Origin: Malacoraja senta
Lineage: Eukaryota
Length of the DNA stretch: 64,000 nt
Assembly: GCA_038087875.1 (NCBI GenBank)
Contig: CM075978.1
Coordinates: forward strand, 192,572,001-192,636,000
Direction: 5' to 3'
Below the pieces are notes generated by a model that saw only the letters and a program-made list of their open reading frames with translations, did not search any database and was not told where the DNA came from. Shown here one piece after another: positions 24,430 to 36,620 of the stretch; positions within the stretch are counted from its first letter, which is position 1, and the number at the start of each line of letters is the position of its first letter. The position numbers were made by a program, and so were the translations under genes.

Positions 24430-25076
24430 GGCTGTACACCTTGACAATAAGTACTCCTGTTTGAGCACTGTTGGGGGGGACAGCCTACCTGGGGGTAGCG
24501 ACAGCGGCCAGGCCTCCGGTACAGAGACCGGTCCTGTTGCTCAGAAGGGTAAGGAAAAGAAGAGGAGGGCAATACTAATAGGGGACTCTATAGTTAGGGG
24601 GTCAGACAGGCGATTCTGTGGACGCAGTCTTGGAGACCCGGATGGTAGTTTGCCTCCCTGGTGCCAGGGTCTGTGATGTGTCTCAACGTGTCCAAGATAT
24701 CCTGAAAGGGGAGGGAGAGGAGCCCGAGGTCGTGGTACATATAGGTACCAATGACATAGGTAAAAAAAGAGAAGAGGTCCAGAAAGGAAAATTTAGGGAG
24801 TTAGGAGGGGAGTTAAAGAGAAGGACAGCAAAGGTAACAATCTCGGGATTACTGCCTGTGCCACGCGACAGTGAGAGTAGGAATGGAGCGAGGTGGAGGA
24901 TAAATGCATGGCTGAAGGATTGGTGCAGAGGGCAGGGATTCAAATTTCTGGATCATTGGGACCTCTTTTGTGGAAGGTGCGACCTGTACAAAAAGGATGG
25001 GTTGCACTTGAACCTGAGGGGGACCGATATCCTGGCGGGGAGATCTGCAAAGGCTACTGGGGAGACTTTAAACTAG
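24430..25076 (+). pseudogene. CR1 ORF1 SGNH/GDSL esterase domain (one frameshift)
   Basis: IGDSIVRG, CLPGA, VHIGTND and DGLHLN motifs in ORFs 24410..24676 and 24618..25076. Confidence 0.9.
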
Positions 25077-25393
25077 AATGGTTGGGGGGGAGGGACTCAA
25101 ATAGAGAATGCTATTAGACAGTGTGTGAGGCAGGAGGCAGAGAAGGAAAGCACTCAGACCCACTTCCCCCCCATGTAGGGGGGAAAGAAGAAAACAATAA
25201 TAAACAGAGAATAAGAGGTGGTGGGGTTCTTAAATGGGTGAGCAGAGAAACAGAGGGGTGTAAAATGCGGGCGGAAGCAATAGGTAGCAAGGTGAAAAGT
25301 AAAAGTGGCAGGCAGACAAATCCAGGGCAAAAATCAAAAAGGGCCATTTTTCAACATAATTGTATAAGGGGTAAGAGCGTTGTAAAAACAAGC

Positions 25394-28195
25394 CTGAAGG
25401 CTTTGTGTCTCAATGCAAGGAGCATTCGTAATAAGGTGGATAAGTTGAACGTGTAGATAGCTATTAATGATTATGATATAGTTGGGATAACGGAGACATG
25501 GCTCCAGGGTGACCAAGGCTGGGAGCTGAACATCCAGGGATATTCAATATTCAGGAGGGATAGAGAGAAAGGAAAAGGAGGTGGGGTAGCGTTGCTGGTT
25601 AGAGAGGAGATTAACGCAGTGGAAAGGAAGGACATTAGCTTGGAGGATGTGGAATCGGTATGGGTAGAGCTGCGAAACACTAAGGGGCAGAAAACGCTGG
25701 TGGGTGTTGTGTACAGGCCACCTAGCAGTAGTAGTGAAGTTGGGGATGGCATCAAACAGGAAATTAGAAATGCGTGCAACAAAGGCAAAACAGTTATAAT
25801 GGGTGACTTCAATCTACATATAGATTGGGTGAATCAAATTGGCAGGGGTGCTGAGGAAGAGGATTTCTTGGAATGTATGCGGGATAGTTATCTAAACCAA
25901 CATGTAGAGGAACCAACGAGAGAGCAGGCTATTCTAAACTGGGTATTGAGTAATGAGGAAGGGTTAGTTAGCAGTCTTGTTGTGCGTGCCCCCTTGGGCA
26001 AGAGTGACCATAATATGGTTGAGTTCTTCATTAGGATGGAGAGTGACATTGTTAATTCAGAAACAACGGTTCTGAACTTAAAGAAAGGTAACTTTGAGGG
26101 TATGAGACGTGAATTGGCCAAGATTGACTGGCAATTAGTTCTAAAAGTGTTGACGGTGGATATGCAATGGAAGGCATTTAAAGACTGCATGGATGAACTA
26201 CAAATATTGTTCATCCCAGTTTGGCAAAAGAATAAATCAGGGAAGGTAGTGCATCCGTGGATAACAAGGAAAATCAGGGATAGTATCAAAGCAAAAGATG
26301 ATGCGTATAAATTAGCCAGAAAAAGCAGCATACCAGAGGACTGGGAGAAATTCAGAGACCAGCAGAGGAGGACAAAGGGCTTAATTAGGAAAGGGAAAAT
26401 AGATTATGAAAGAAAACTGGCAGGGAACATAAAAACTGACTGCAAAAGTTTTTATAGATATGTGAAGAGAAAGAGATTAGTTAAAACAAATGTAGGTCCC
26501 TTGCAGTCAGAAACAGGTGAATTGATCATGGGGAACAAGGATATGGCGGACCAATTGAATAACTACTTTGGTTCCGTCTTCACTAAAGAAGACATAAATA
26601 ATCTGCCGGAAATAGCAGGGGACCGTGGGTCAAAGGAGATGGAGGAACTGAGTGAAATCCAGGTTAGTCAGGAAGTGGTGTTGGGTAAATTGAATGGATT
26701 AAAGGCCGATAAATCACCAGGGCCAGATAGGCTGCATCCCAGAGTACTTAAGGAAGTAGCTCCAGAAATAGTGGATGCATTAGTGATAATTTTTGAAAAC
26801 TCTTTAGATTCTGGAGTAGTTCCTGAGGATTGGAGGGTAGCAAACGTAACCCCACTTTTTAAGAAGGGAGGGAGAGAAAATGGGGAATTACAGACCAGTT
26901 AGTCTAACATCGGTAGTGGGGAAACTGCTAGAGTCAGTTATTAAAGATGGGATAGCAGCACATTTGGAAAGTGGTGAAATCATTGGACAAAGTCAGCATG
27001 GATTTACGAAAGGTAAATCATGTCTGACGAATCTTATAGAATTTTTCGAGGATGTAACTAGTAGAGTGGATAGGGGAGAACCAGTGGATGTGTTGTATCT
27101 GGACTTTCAGAAGGCTTTCGACAAGGTCCCACATAAGAGATTAGTATACAAACTTAATGCACACGGTATTGGGGGTTCAGTATTGATGTGGATAGAGAAC
27201 TGGCTGGCAAACAGGAAGCAAAGAGTAGGAGTAAACGGGTCCTTTTCAGAATGGCAGGCAGTGACTAGTGGGGTACCGCAAGGCTCAGTGCTGGGACCCC
27301 AGCTATTTACAATTTATATTAATGAGCTGGATGAGGGAATTGAAGGCAACATCTCCAAGTTTGCGGATGACACTAAGCTGGGGGGCAGTGTTAGCTGTGA
27401 GGAGGATGCTAGGAGACTGCAAGGTGACTTGGATAGGCTGGGTGAGTGGGCAAATGTTTGGCAGATGCAGTATAATGTGGATAAATGTGAGGTTGTCCAC
27501 TTTGGTGGCAAAAACAGGAAAGCAGACTATTATCTAAATGGTGGCCGATTAGGAAAAGGGGAGATGCAGCGAGACCTGGGTGTCATGGTACACCAGTCAT
27601 TGAAAGTAGGCATGCAGGTGCAGCAGGCAGTGAAGAAAGCGAATGGTATGTTAGCTTTCATAGCAAAAGGATTTGAGTATAGGAGCAGGGAGGTTCTACT
27701 GCAGTTGTACAGGGTCTTGGTGAGACCACACCTGGAGTATTGCGTACAGTTTTGGTCTCCAAATCTGAGGAAGGACATTATAGCCATAGAGGGAGTGCAG
27801 AGAAGGTTCACCAGACTGATTCCTGGGATGTCAGGACTTTCATATGAAGACTGGATAGACTTGGCTTATACTCGCTAGAATTTAGGAGATTGAGAGGGGA
27901 TCTTATAGAAACGTACAAAATTCTTATGGGGTTGGACAGGCTAGATGCAGGAAGATTGTTCCCGATGTTGGGGAAGTCCAGGACAAGGGGTCACAGCATA
28001 AGGATAAGGGGGAAATCCTTTAAGACCGAGATGAGGAAAAACTTTTTCACACAGAGAGTGGTGAATCTCTGGAACTCTCTGCCACAGAGGGTAGTTGAGG
28101 CCAGTTCATTGGCTATATTTAAGAGGGAGTTAGATGTGGCCCTTGTGGCTAAAGGGATCAGGGGGTATGGAGAGAAGGCAGGTACGGGATACTGA
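25394..28195 (+). pseudogene. CR1 ORF2 endonuclease / reverse transcriptase with a stop at ~25454 and frameshifts near 26880 and 27850
   Basis: LNARSI, ITETWL, GDFN, SDH, KSPGPD, NYRPVSLTS, GVPQGSVLGP and FADD motifs. Confidence 0.95.
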
Positions 28196-28312
28196 GTTGG
28201 ATGATCAGCCATGATCATATTGAATGGCGGTGCAGGCTCGAAGGGCCGAATGGCCTACTCCTGCACCTATTTTCTATGTATCTATGTATGTATCTGTCTC
28301 CTCTTCAGTACT

Positions 28313-28580
28313 TCAAGTCAAGTCAAGTCACTTTTATTTATATAGCACATTTAAAAAACAACTCTCGTTGGCCAAAGTGCTTTACATTGGTGGAGGTACT
28401 AACGTTATACAACAGCGGTTCATAGATTAAATACATACATATAGCCCTCGCTCAGAGGACGTCAGGAAAGGCTTGAGAGTAGAGATGAGTTTTAAGTCTC
28501 GACTTAAAGGAGTCGATGGAGGGGGCAGTTCTGATGGGAAGAGGGATGCTGTTCCACAATCTAGGAGCTGCAACTGCATT
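28313..28580 (-). mobile_element. L2-like LINE 3' fragment
   Basis: (CAAGT)n tail followed by TTTATTTATATAGCAC. The minus-strand peptide resembles the L2 C-terminus (APRLWNSIP...FKSRLKTHL). Confidence 0.6.
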
Positions 28581-28829
28581 TTTGGTACATAGACTGGAAC
28601 TGCATGCAATATCCTAAGTGCAGCCTAAGCCATCAACCAAGTAGGACTATAACGGACCCTTCACAAATTTGGCTGCGTTGAGAAATGTCTCTGGTCTATG
28701 CCTTCTGCATGGTGGTATGCAAGCCATGATCCTAACCAATAGATTGAATGTTGTTGGACAATGATGAGACGGAGTAGATGAAGGAGAAAGAGAGCATAAT
28801 AACATGATGTCAAGGCATCAACCTCTCCC

Positions 28830-29420
28830 TTAATGTCATTAAGAGAAAGGAGCTGGTTATTGACTTCATAAGTTCATTAGGAGCAGGATTAGGCCATTCA
28901 GGAAGAGGTGTACATGCCCCTGTCAAGTGGAGATGGTTGGGAGCTTCAAGTACCTAGATGTAAATATCACCGTCAATTTGGCCTGGTCAAAGCTACCACC
29001 CAACATCTCCACTTCCTCAGATGACCAAAGAAGTTCAGCATGTTTCCAATGACTCTTACCGACTTCTACAGGTGCGCCATAGAAAGCATACCATTGGGAT
29101 GAATCACAGCTTGGTTTGACAACAGCTCTGCCTAAGACGACAAGAAATTGCAGAGAGTTCAAGAACGATTTTCACCCAGGTCATTCCCTCTTCTCTCCCA
29201 CTGGGCAGAAGTGTCAAAAACTTGAAAGCACACACAACCAGATTTAGGAACAGTTTCGTGCCCACTTTTAACAAACTACTGAACGGTCCTCTCATAAGAT
29301 GAGATTTCGTCCCGATTTCCCAACCTACCTCGTTGCAGCCTTTGCAGTCTTTTTATCTGCACTTTCTCTGCAGCTGTAATACTACATTCTGCACTGATGT
29401 TCTTCCCTTTGCACTGTCGG
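28830..29420 (+). mobile_element. Decayed Rex1/Babar fragment
   Basis: TTCAAGTACCTAG, TTCTACAGGTGCGCCATAGAAAGCAT and ACCAGATTTAGGAACAGTTTC motifs. Confidence 0.65.
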
Positions 29421-29982
29421 TTGTGCTTACTGCTGGTGTGAAGCTAATCTGCAGAATGAATGGGTTATTTCCATTCCAGGAGCAAGGGCATACCAAGTCA
29501 GTTGCAACGTGCAAAGTACATACTTGGAGGCCAAGCTCCAAACCATCATCGCCTCCTTCAAAAATATTGGCGAACAGCTTTACTCTAAAAAAAACGAAGC
29601 AAAGGTGATCTACCAAGCTATCTCGGCTGCATAACATGGCCTCATGACAATTCAGACTCACAGTGACATCACTTGGTAAACATCACTTTGTGGTCTGCTG
29701 TCTGCTCAAGTCTTTTTGCGATTATTGACTCACCAATATGGTCAACTTCTGACTCGCAAGGTAAAACTGTCCCACCTGTCAACGATTCATCATTTCTAAT
29801 TGAGCTCAATGCCCTTTATGTATGCTTTGTAACGTGGTAAAATGACACACCTATACGAGCCCCCACAGCCCCTGAGGACTCTTTCATCTCTCAGGGCCAA
29901 CAACAGCTTACTTCTCGAGGGCGAGCCCAGACGCCGTTGCTGTCCAAAACGCAAAAGACCTGCGCGGAACAACTGCACAGGT

Positions 29983-30300
29983 GGGCGCGGCACGGTGGAG
30001 CAGCGGTAGAGTTGCTGCCTTACAGCGCCGGGGACCCGGGTTCCATCCTGACTACAGGTGCTGGCTGTACGGAGTTTGTAAATTCCCCCCTGTGACCTGC
30101 GTGGGTTTTCTCCAGGTGCTCCAGTTTCCTCCCACACTCCAAAGATGTACTGGTTTGTAGATTATTTGGCTTCGCTAAAAATTATACATTGTCTCTAGTG
30201 TGTAGGATAGTGTGTTAATGTACGGGTGATCACTGGTCGGCGCCGACTCGTTGGGCCGAAGGGCCTGTTTCTGCTCTGTATCTCCATACTAAACAAAACT
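29983..30300 (+). mobile_element. V-SINE (HE1-like)
   Basis: Full head, V-domain and tail. Confidence 0.88.
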
Positions 30301-31647
30301 AGCTGGAATGTTCAAGGACAACTTCAACTTTATTCTGACTGGTTGCATGGTATGGGGAATTGCAGATAGGGGTGGACCTAGCCTGGTGCATCGCAAGCAT
30401 CTACATGGGGCACTGCCTCCAGAAGGCAGCATCTATCATCAAGGATCCTCACCATCTGCGCCATGCTCTCCTCTCATTGGGCAGGATGTACAGGCGCCTG
30501 AGGTCCCACACCACCAGGTTCAGGAACAACTTATTTTCTACAACCATCGGTTCTTGATCGGATGTTCACAACCCTAATCCAACCTCAGTGACAGAACATG
30601 GTGGACCACCTCTTCCTATACCATATATATATATATACCAAAATAAGTCTTATTTTCCAATTGTTGTCCATAACAGTTCACAGTGGAGAAGAGACATTAA
30701 GAATAGTACTGAGTTCTTGCATCAGTGGCTATACTAGCAGAAGTATGTTAGCACCTCACAGACCACTCATCCATCTGCTCTCCCAGGCACCTCCTGCCAT
30801 TATATGCAAGGGTCTGTGGCTCTCACCTTGACCTCATTGGCCACTTGAGACGCCATAAAACCTGAGTGAAAGTAGGTCGTCCTTGTTCTCGAGGTACAGT
30901 CTGAGAAATAGAAACTTGAGATGAATTGCCCTGATGAATGTCACCGTTCAGTTATGCTAATAATGGATGTCCAGTAAATGAACATGTTAGCTACACAGAT
31001 GTAATTTGTTGTGCTGAGGAAAAGTGTCCAGAAAATAGAAGTGTTTTTGGTGCAGCTGTTAAGTGACTGTTTCTCTACCAACTATGAGCAAATCTTGTCC
31101 CTCATATGCCTGCAATGTTTATATCCTAATGAGATAAAGTTGGCAATGAATCTTAATATTGTAAAATGCACATTGGAAATTACACACATACAGTATACGA
31201 CTTCAATTATTTGGCTAGAAGAATAAGAGTACAATACTTATTATTAGAGTCAAAGGGACTGAGAAATTAAAATGTTTAATTACACAATGAAATCAAAACC
31301 ATATCAGTATCTATGGAGAAGGAAACTACGTTAATGTTACAGGTCAATACATGGTAAGGGAATAACGTTTAGAAGGGAATAACGTTTAAAATAGGTGCAG
31401 GAGTAGGCCATTCGGCCCTTCGAGCCTGCACCGCCATTCAATGTGATCATGGCTTATCATCCAACTCAGTATCCTGTACCTGCCTTCTCTCCATACCCCC
31501 TGATCCCTTTAGCCACAAGGGCCACATCTAACTCCCTCTTAAATATAGCCAATGAACTGGCCTCAACTACTTTCTGTGGCAGAGAATTAGTGCAAGGTAA
31601 AGCTAGTAAAGTCTGATCAAAGATAGTCTGAGGGTCACCAATGAGGT

Positions 31648-31700
31648 GGGGGGTCAAGGAAAGAGCATTCACGTTGCGGACCTGTTTTCACCAATCTTTC
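31648..31700 (+). ncRNA. Minimal HDV-like (double-pseudoknot) ribozyme motif
   Basis: P1 GGGUC/GACCU, P2 GAAAGA(31659-64)/UCUUUC(31695-700), P3 GCA/UGC, L3 UUCACGU, P1.1 AC/GU and J4/2 CCAA. Confidence 0.75.
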
Positions 31701-31833
31701 AACCACCACTCATAAGAAGGACAAGAAGTGCAAGAAGTGCAAGACTGACACCATTGTATGCAGATGCTGAGAAGTGTGTTCAGCTCTGGCTGAGCAACTT
31801 CTAATCTTGTGTGTGGACTCGAAGAAGAAGAAG
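31648..31833 (+). mobile_element. 186-nt SINE-like retroelement with a 5' HDV-like ribozyme and (GAA)n RTE-type tail
   Basis: TSD ACCAATGA(G/A)GT at 31637-31647 and 31834-31844. The empty site is visible in paralogous host copies at ~23940 and ~31915 (reverse complement). Tail GGACTC(GAA)4. Confidence 0.82.
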
Positions 31834-32192
31834 ACCAATGAAGTAGCGAGTAGTTCAGGACTGCTCTCCAGTCATCCTACCACAACCAGAGAGCAGTCCT
31901 GAACTACTATCGACCTCATTGATGACCCTCAGACTATCTTTGATCGGACTTTGCTGGCTCTACTTTGCACTAAACGTTATTCCCTTACCATGTATCTGTA
32001 CACTGTAAATGGCTCGATTGTAATCATGTATTGTCTTTCTGCTGACTGGTTAGCACGAAACAAAAGCTTTTCACTGTACCGCGGTAGAGGGACAATAAAC
32101 TAAATTGAACAACGATGTTCGGCCTGAAATAAAATGAGAGCTTTCACATGCCGATAAACGAGCAGAATAAGATAAAGGTCCAAAAAAGAGAG

Positions 32193-32392
32193 AAGGTAGA
32201 CGAAAATGCTGGAGAAACTCAGCGGGTGAGGCGGCATCTATGGAACGAAGGAATAGGTGACGTTTTGGGTCGAGACCCTTGACCCGAAACGTCACCTATT
32301 CCTTCGCTCCATAGATGCTGCCTCACCCGCTGAGTTTCTCCAGCATTTTTGTCTACCTTCGATTTTTCCAGCATCTGCAGTTCTTTCTTAAA
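32193..32392. mobile_element. Penelope-derived palindrome
   Basis: Inverted arms meeting at GGGTCGAGACCCTTGACCCGAAACGTC. Confidence 0.8.
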
Positions 32393-35300
32393 CATAAGGT
32401 AGCAGAGTGTGACAATACACAAAGGTATGAATGCAGAATAGTATTCTGATTTTTTTTTGAAGAGTAACAGCACCTAGTTTTGGAAATGTAAAATAAAAAT
32501 GCAGGAAGTCATGAGTATCTGAAATGGTTGAATTGAATGTTGAGTTTGGAAAGTTGTCAATTATCTGGTCAGTAGATGAGTTCTTTGAACATGTACTGAG
32601 CCTCACTGAGAGAATGTTGGAGACTGTGGGCAGAGTTCATAAATGATAGGAGCAAATCTATCTATCCCTCTTAACCCCATTCTCCTGCCTTCTCCCCATA
32701 TCCCCCGACTCCCGAACTAATCAAGTATCTATCAATCTGTGTCTTAAAAATATCTATTGCTGGCCTTCTGTGGCAATGAATTCCACAGATTCACCACCCA
32801 TTGTCAGAAGATTAAAAATGAACAGGAAGGGTGACTAGTCATGCCTCATCTTTGAACAGAGAAATCGTCCTGTCTGTAGAACCAAGCTGGTTTACAAGGA
32901 CACAAAGTGCTGGAGCAACTCAGCAGGTGAGGCAGCATCCCTGGAGAACATGGATAGGTGATGTTTCGAGTTGGGTCCCTTTTGCAGACAGTTTGGTTTC
33001 CCAAAAGCCCATTTTGGAATAGCAGATGCAGTATACAAGCTTGAAAAAAGTATAAGTTGACCATTAGATCAAATGAGTGTTTGGGATCTTGGACAATGGG
33101 AAGCAATAAGGTAAAAAGGTTGGTGAGTTCAAAGGAAGATGCAGTGGGAACAGCTTTGATCAGCTTTGTATTAATTTTTGCTTTATTGTTCACACAAAAA
33201 CAGAAATGATGTACCATATAAATTTATTAATGAAAACACATTCACCAGCACAAGTTTTTAGCTGTGTATTTTCAATCCTTTAATCTTCTTTTTGGGTACA
33301 AATAATCGAAATGTTGTTATGGTGAAGAATCGACTTCATACTCGTAGCCAAGAGACACCCCGAACTGCAGATGGTGGAATCTTGAGTGGGGACTGAAAAA
33401 GGGTCCCGATCCGAAACGTCACCTGTCCATTCCCTCCACAGATGCTGCCTAACCCATTAAGTTCCTCCAGCATTTTGTGCTTTGCTTAATATTTGTAACC
33501 GGTCACGTTTAAATTTGCTTTGAAGTCAGAAAAGTAGATGAAAAGGAACAGTATATTTTTGACATGTATTATGTGCACTTTCTGATTGTCCAGTAAATAA
33601 ATTCTCGTCCAATACTTTCTTGCCCCCGTTTCTCTTGTGGTTACAAACTAGCCGAATTCGAAATTTACAGTTACCATTTCAGACGCAGTCTTAATTAACT
33701 ATTTTGTCCATTTATGAACAGAAACGCATCCGCTTTAATGCCGGTTGCACATTTAAAAAAAAACGATAATATTTTAATAGATTATTTTACGAAAATATAA
33801 CCAAATTATTGGAAATTCATGAAGTTTGGTAACATTTTCGACAATTTCAAATGATATTTTGTTCCAGCAAAAAATCGCTATTCTAAGCAGTATGTTTCTT
33901 AAAAGGCGCCTCACCGCCGGAAAGGATTGCATTTATATTATATTGAAAAATGCACGGTATTTATTACATTGAATTAAATGTCAATCCTATTTTCTGATGA
34001 TGCATATTTGTCAAGGAACCGAACTTGTAATGTTGCCGGCGCGACTTTATTTTGCTGTTGATGTACGACATGGAGTATTTGTTACCAAGCATTTCAGGAT
34101 TATCGGCAAGGAAATGCTGGAAATACTCGGCAGGTCGAACAGCATTGTCAAGAGGCGAGCTGTGTGAAAGGTTCGGGTCAACGACCTTTCATCGGAGCTG
34201 TTCTTGCAGTAGGAATACAGCGTTTTACTGCTGTACCACAAGAAACAATCGTCAAAATTAAAGCCTTATAACATCAGCATTTGAAAACATGTTGGTGTTT
34301 ACAGTAAATGAGACGATGGGCTCCATTGTTTAATCAATTTCCAATATAAAGAGTCAATTGGATAGCAACCACAAAGGTCAATTATTCATCGAAATAAGCA
34401 AAAAGTGCGATAAACGCGATACCTGATATTATTGAAACTCCGCCGTCTTTGGATTTTTAAAGGACCGAGGAATGTCTTCTTTCCGACATTAAATAAATGT
34501 TTTGCATTTTCGCCGATAAACTTTTAATATTCTTTGAACTTGGAATCGCAGTAAAGCTGTCATAATAATGCATTCATGGTTTAATTTCACGAGAGTTACA
34601 AATTCTGTTCCAGTAGCAGGTTTCTGAACGTGGGTGTAAATAAACGGTGAAAATCACATTTCTTTCAGTCCAGATTTGTCATCTATTATTTACCCCAAAT
34701 CACGTTCAGTATATTATTTTAAAAAATGATGAACAAGTAGATAGCAAGAGTAACAATTGCCCGGTTGTAAGGGCCGAACATGTTTATTTCTACTCAAAAA
34801 CCTTCGAGGAATTATCCTACTTTATATTCTGTATATATTTACATGTTGTTGCATAGTTTGTCGAAATGTTTTAAGTGTGTAGATGCGGTGTTTGCATTTG
34901 AAAATAAAGCGAGTGTACCAGAGATCATTTCATTCTTTAAGTCGGTTGCACGAACCTTAACCATTTGAGTTTAATGTTCAATATAAAACGTCAGTGTATT
35001 GAAATGGTTTCCTCAAAGCTGTCTTTAAACTGCAAGTGGTAGCTGAAATCAATCCAACACCGCTGGAAATCATTTCATGAACAAAAGACTCAAAACGAAC
35101 TGGAAAATTCAAACTTAATGCGAAGGATCGTTCCGTCTTTGCGTGTTTGGTGCTGCGATTAATTTATTTTTTCGGGTATTCGGTATTTAACTTTTGATAA
35201 TTGTACTGCGAGGTTTTGTAATAAAGGCAATAACATTGCAAATAAAATTAATCTAGGCTGTTAAAATATGGCGTGGGAATACCTATTGTTAAACTTATTG

Positions 35301-36620
35301 GAACAAATGCAAAACATTATATACTTTTTAAAGGGTCCCCCCCGCCCCCCATTTTCAGCGGCATTTATTCAAATAATTGTAGGGTGAGTGGAACGAAAAC
35401 GCCGATACTTTACCGGCTTCCAAATTATTGCGGAGATTTGAGACAAGTCCATGAGATGGCGCAAGTTTCACGGGCAGACAAAAGGCACAGACAGTGTAAC
35501 TGGCAAAGGGGCGAAAATTCAGCTCGACATGACACTGAATGCAAGAACAAATACTACTTCACCGCTCTCTGCAATATCCAACGCGAAACAATCTGGTTTG
35601 CAAAATTGCTAAATTAAACACATTTTTTTTTAAACTGCATATTCGATGTCAAACTCGAGTCATGCTCACTGGTAATGTTTAAACACATAAACTAACCGCA
35701 GGAAACAAGTGTTATTAATATAGCTAATTTATTACATTTCTTAAAAATCTGCCTGACTTCCAACCTGTCCCTTGCTCATCCATACTCCCCCCACCCCATT
35801 TGAAAATCGTATTTAAAATCACAGAGGTGGTCTAACCGCGTCTCAACACACACATTCACATAAATAAATTCAAACCGATTATATTTGTTAGCCACATAGG
35901 CATAATTCCATCAGTTTATAATTAGATGTAAACGAATTACTAACACTAATACCCTTTTAATTCCACTCTATCATTACGGATATTTTTGAAATTCACTGTG
36001 CCCTGCAGGGAGTTACGTGCTGGAAGCTAAAGAATTTCCATTGTTCGGTAGGAATTAGGTTATTAAAAACTGTGAGTGCGAGATTGCTTCTGCGAATCAA
36101 AGGAGATGTACAGTAATGGCAACATTACAGCAGTTTGTGGTTCAGCTGGAGCGACTTGCTGAAATGGACAAGAGTCTGGCGCCTTGCTCTGACATTACCC
36201 TTCTCACTATCAATATATATCATTGCTTTCTTTTTGTCCCGGACTCCTCTGTTTTTGTCTTATTTTGCGCGTTTACTTAAAATATTAAGGCGCAGCAACG
36301 TGGAATGACCGCCCCCCCCCTCCCTCCCTCCCTCCCTACAATAAACGCGGAGTTTGTGCAATTGCAAGGCGACTTGTTTAAGTTGCATTATTATTTAAAT
36401 AAAGGACGACCATCCTTTTCCTAAGCGTTGGTCTCGGTGTTGCAAAGGATAAAAATAAATCCAAATTACTTTCTTTCAGGAGCTCTGCAAATAGTTTTGA
36501 TGTAGTTGTTTCCCTCTTTTGCATTGCACGTATTTTAAGCGAAACACGTTTTTTACATTGGGATTGCTGATTGCAGAAGACGCTTGCAGTTTTTTTGGGG
36601 GGTGCAGAGGAAGCTGTTTG

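Larger units (their letters stand above)
24420..28292 (+). mobile_element. Young, 5'-truncated CR1 LINE (ORF1 esterase plus ORF2 APE-RT)
   Basis: ORF1 SGNH motifs, a nearly intact ORF2, and a 3' microsatellite tail TCTATGTA repeats. Confidence 0.96.
31348..32110. mobile_element. Fold-back (inverted) pair of a non-LTR 3' fragment, with a CR1 piece (31390-31587, -) and the HDV-headed element nested in the left arm
   Basis: The left arm 31348-31868 is the reverse complement of 31890-32000 once the insertions are removed. Confidence 0.7.
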
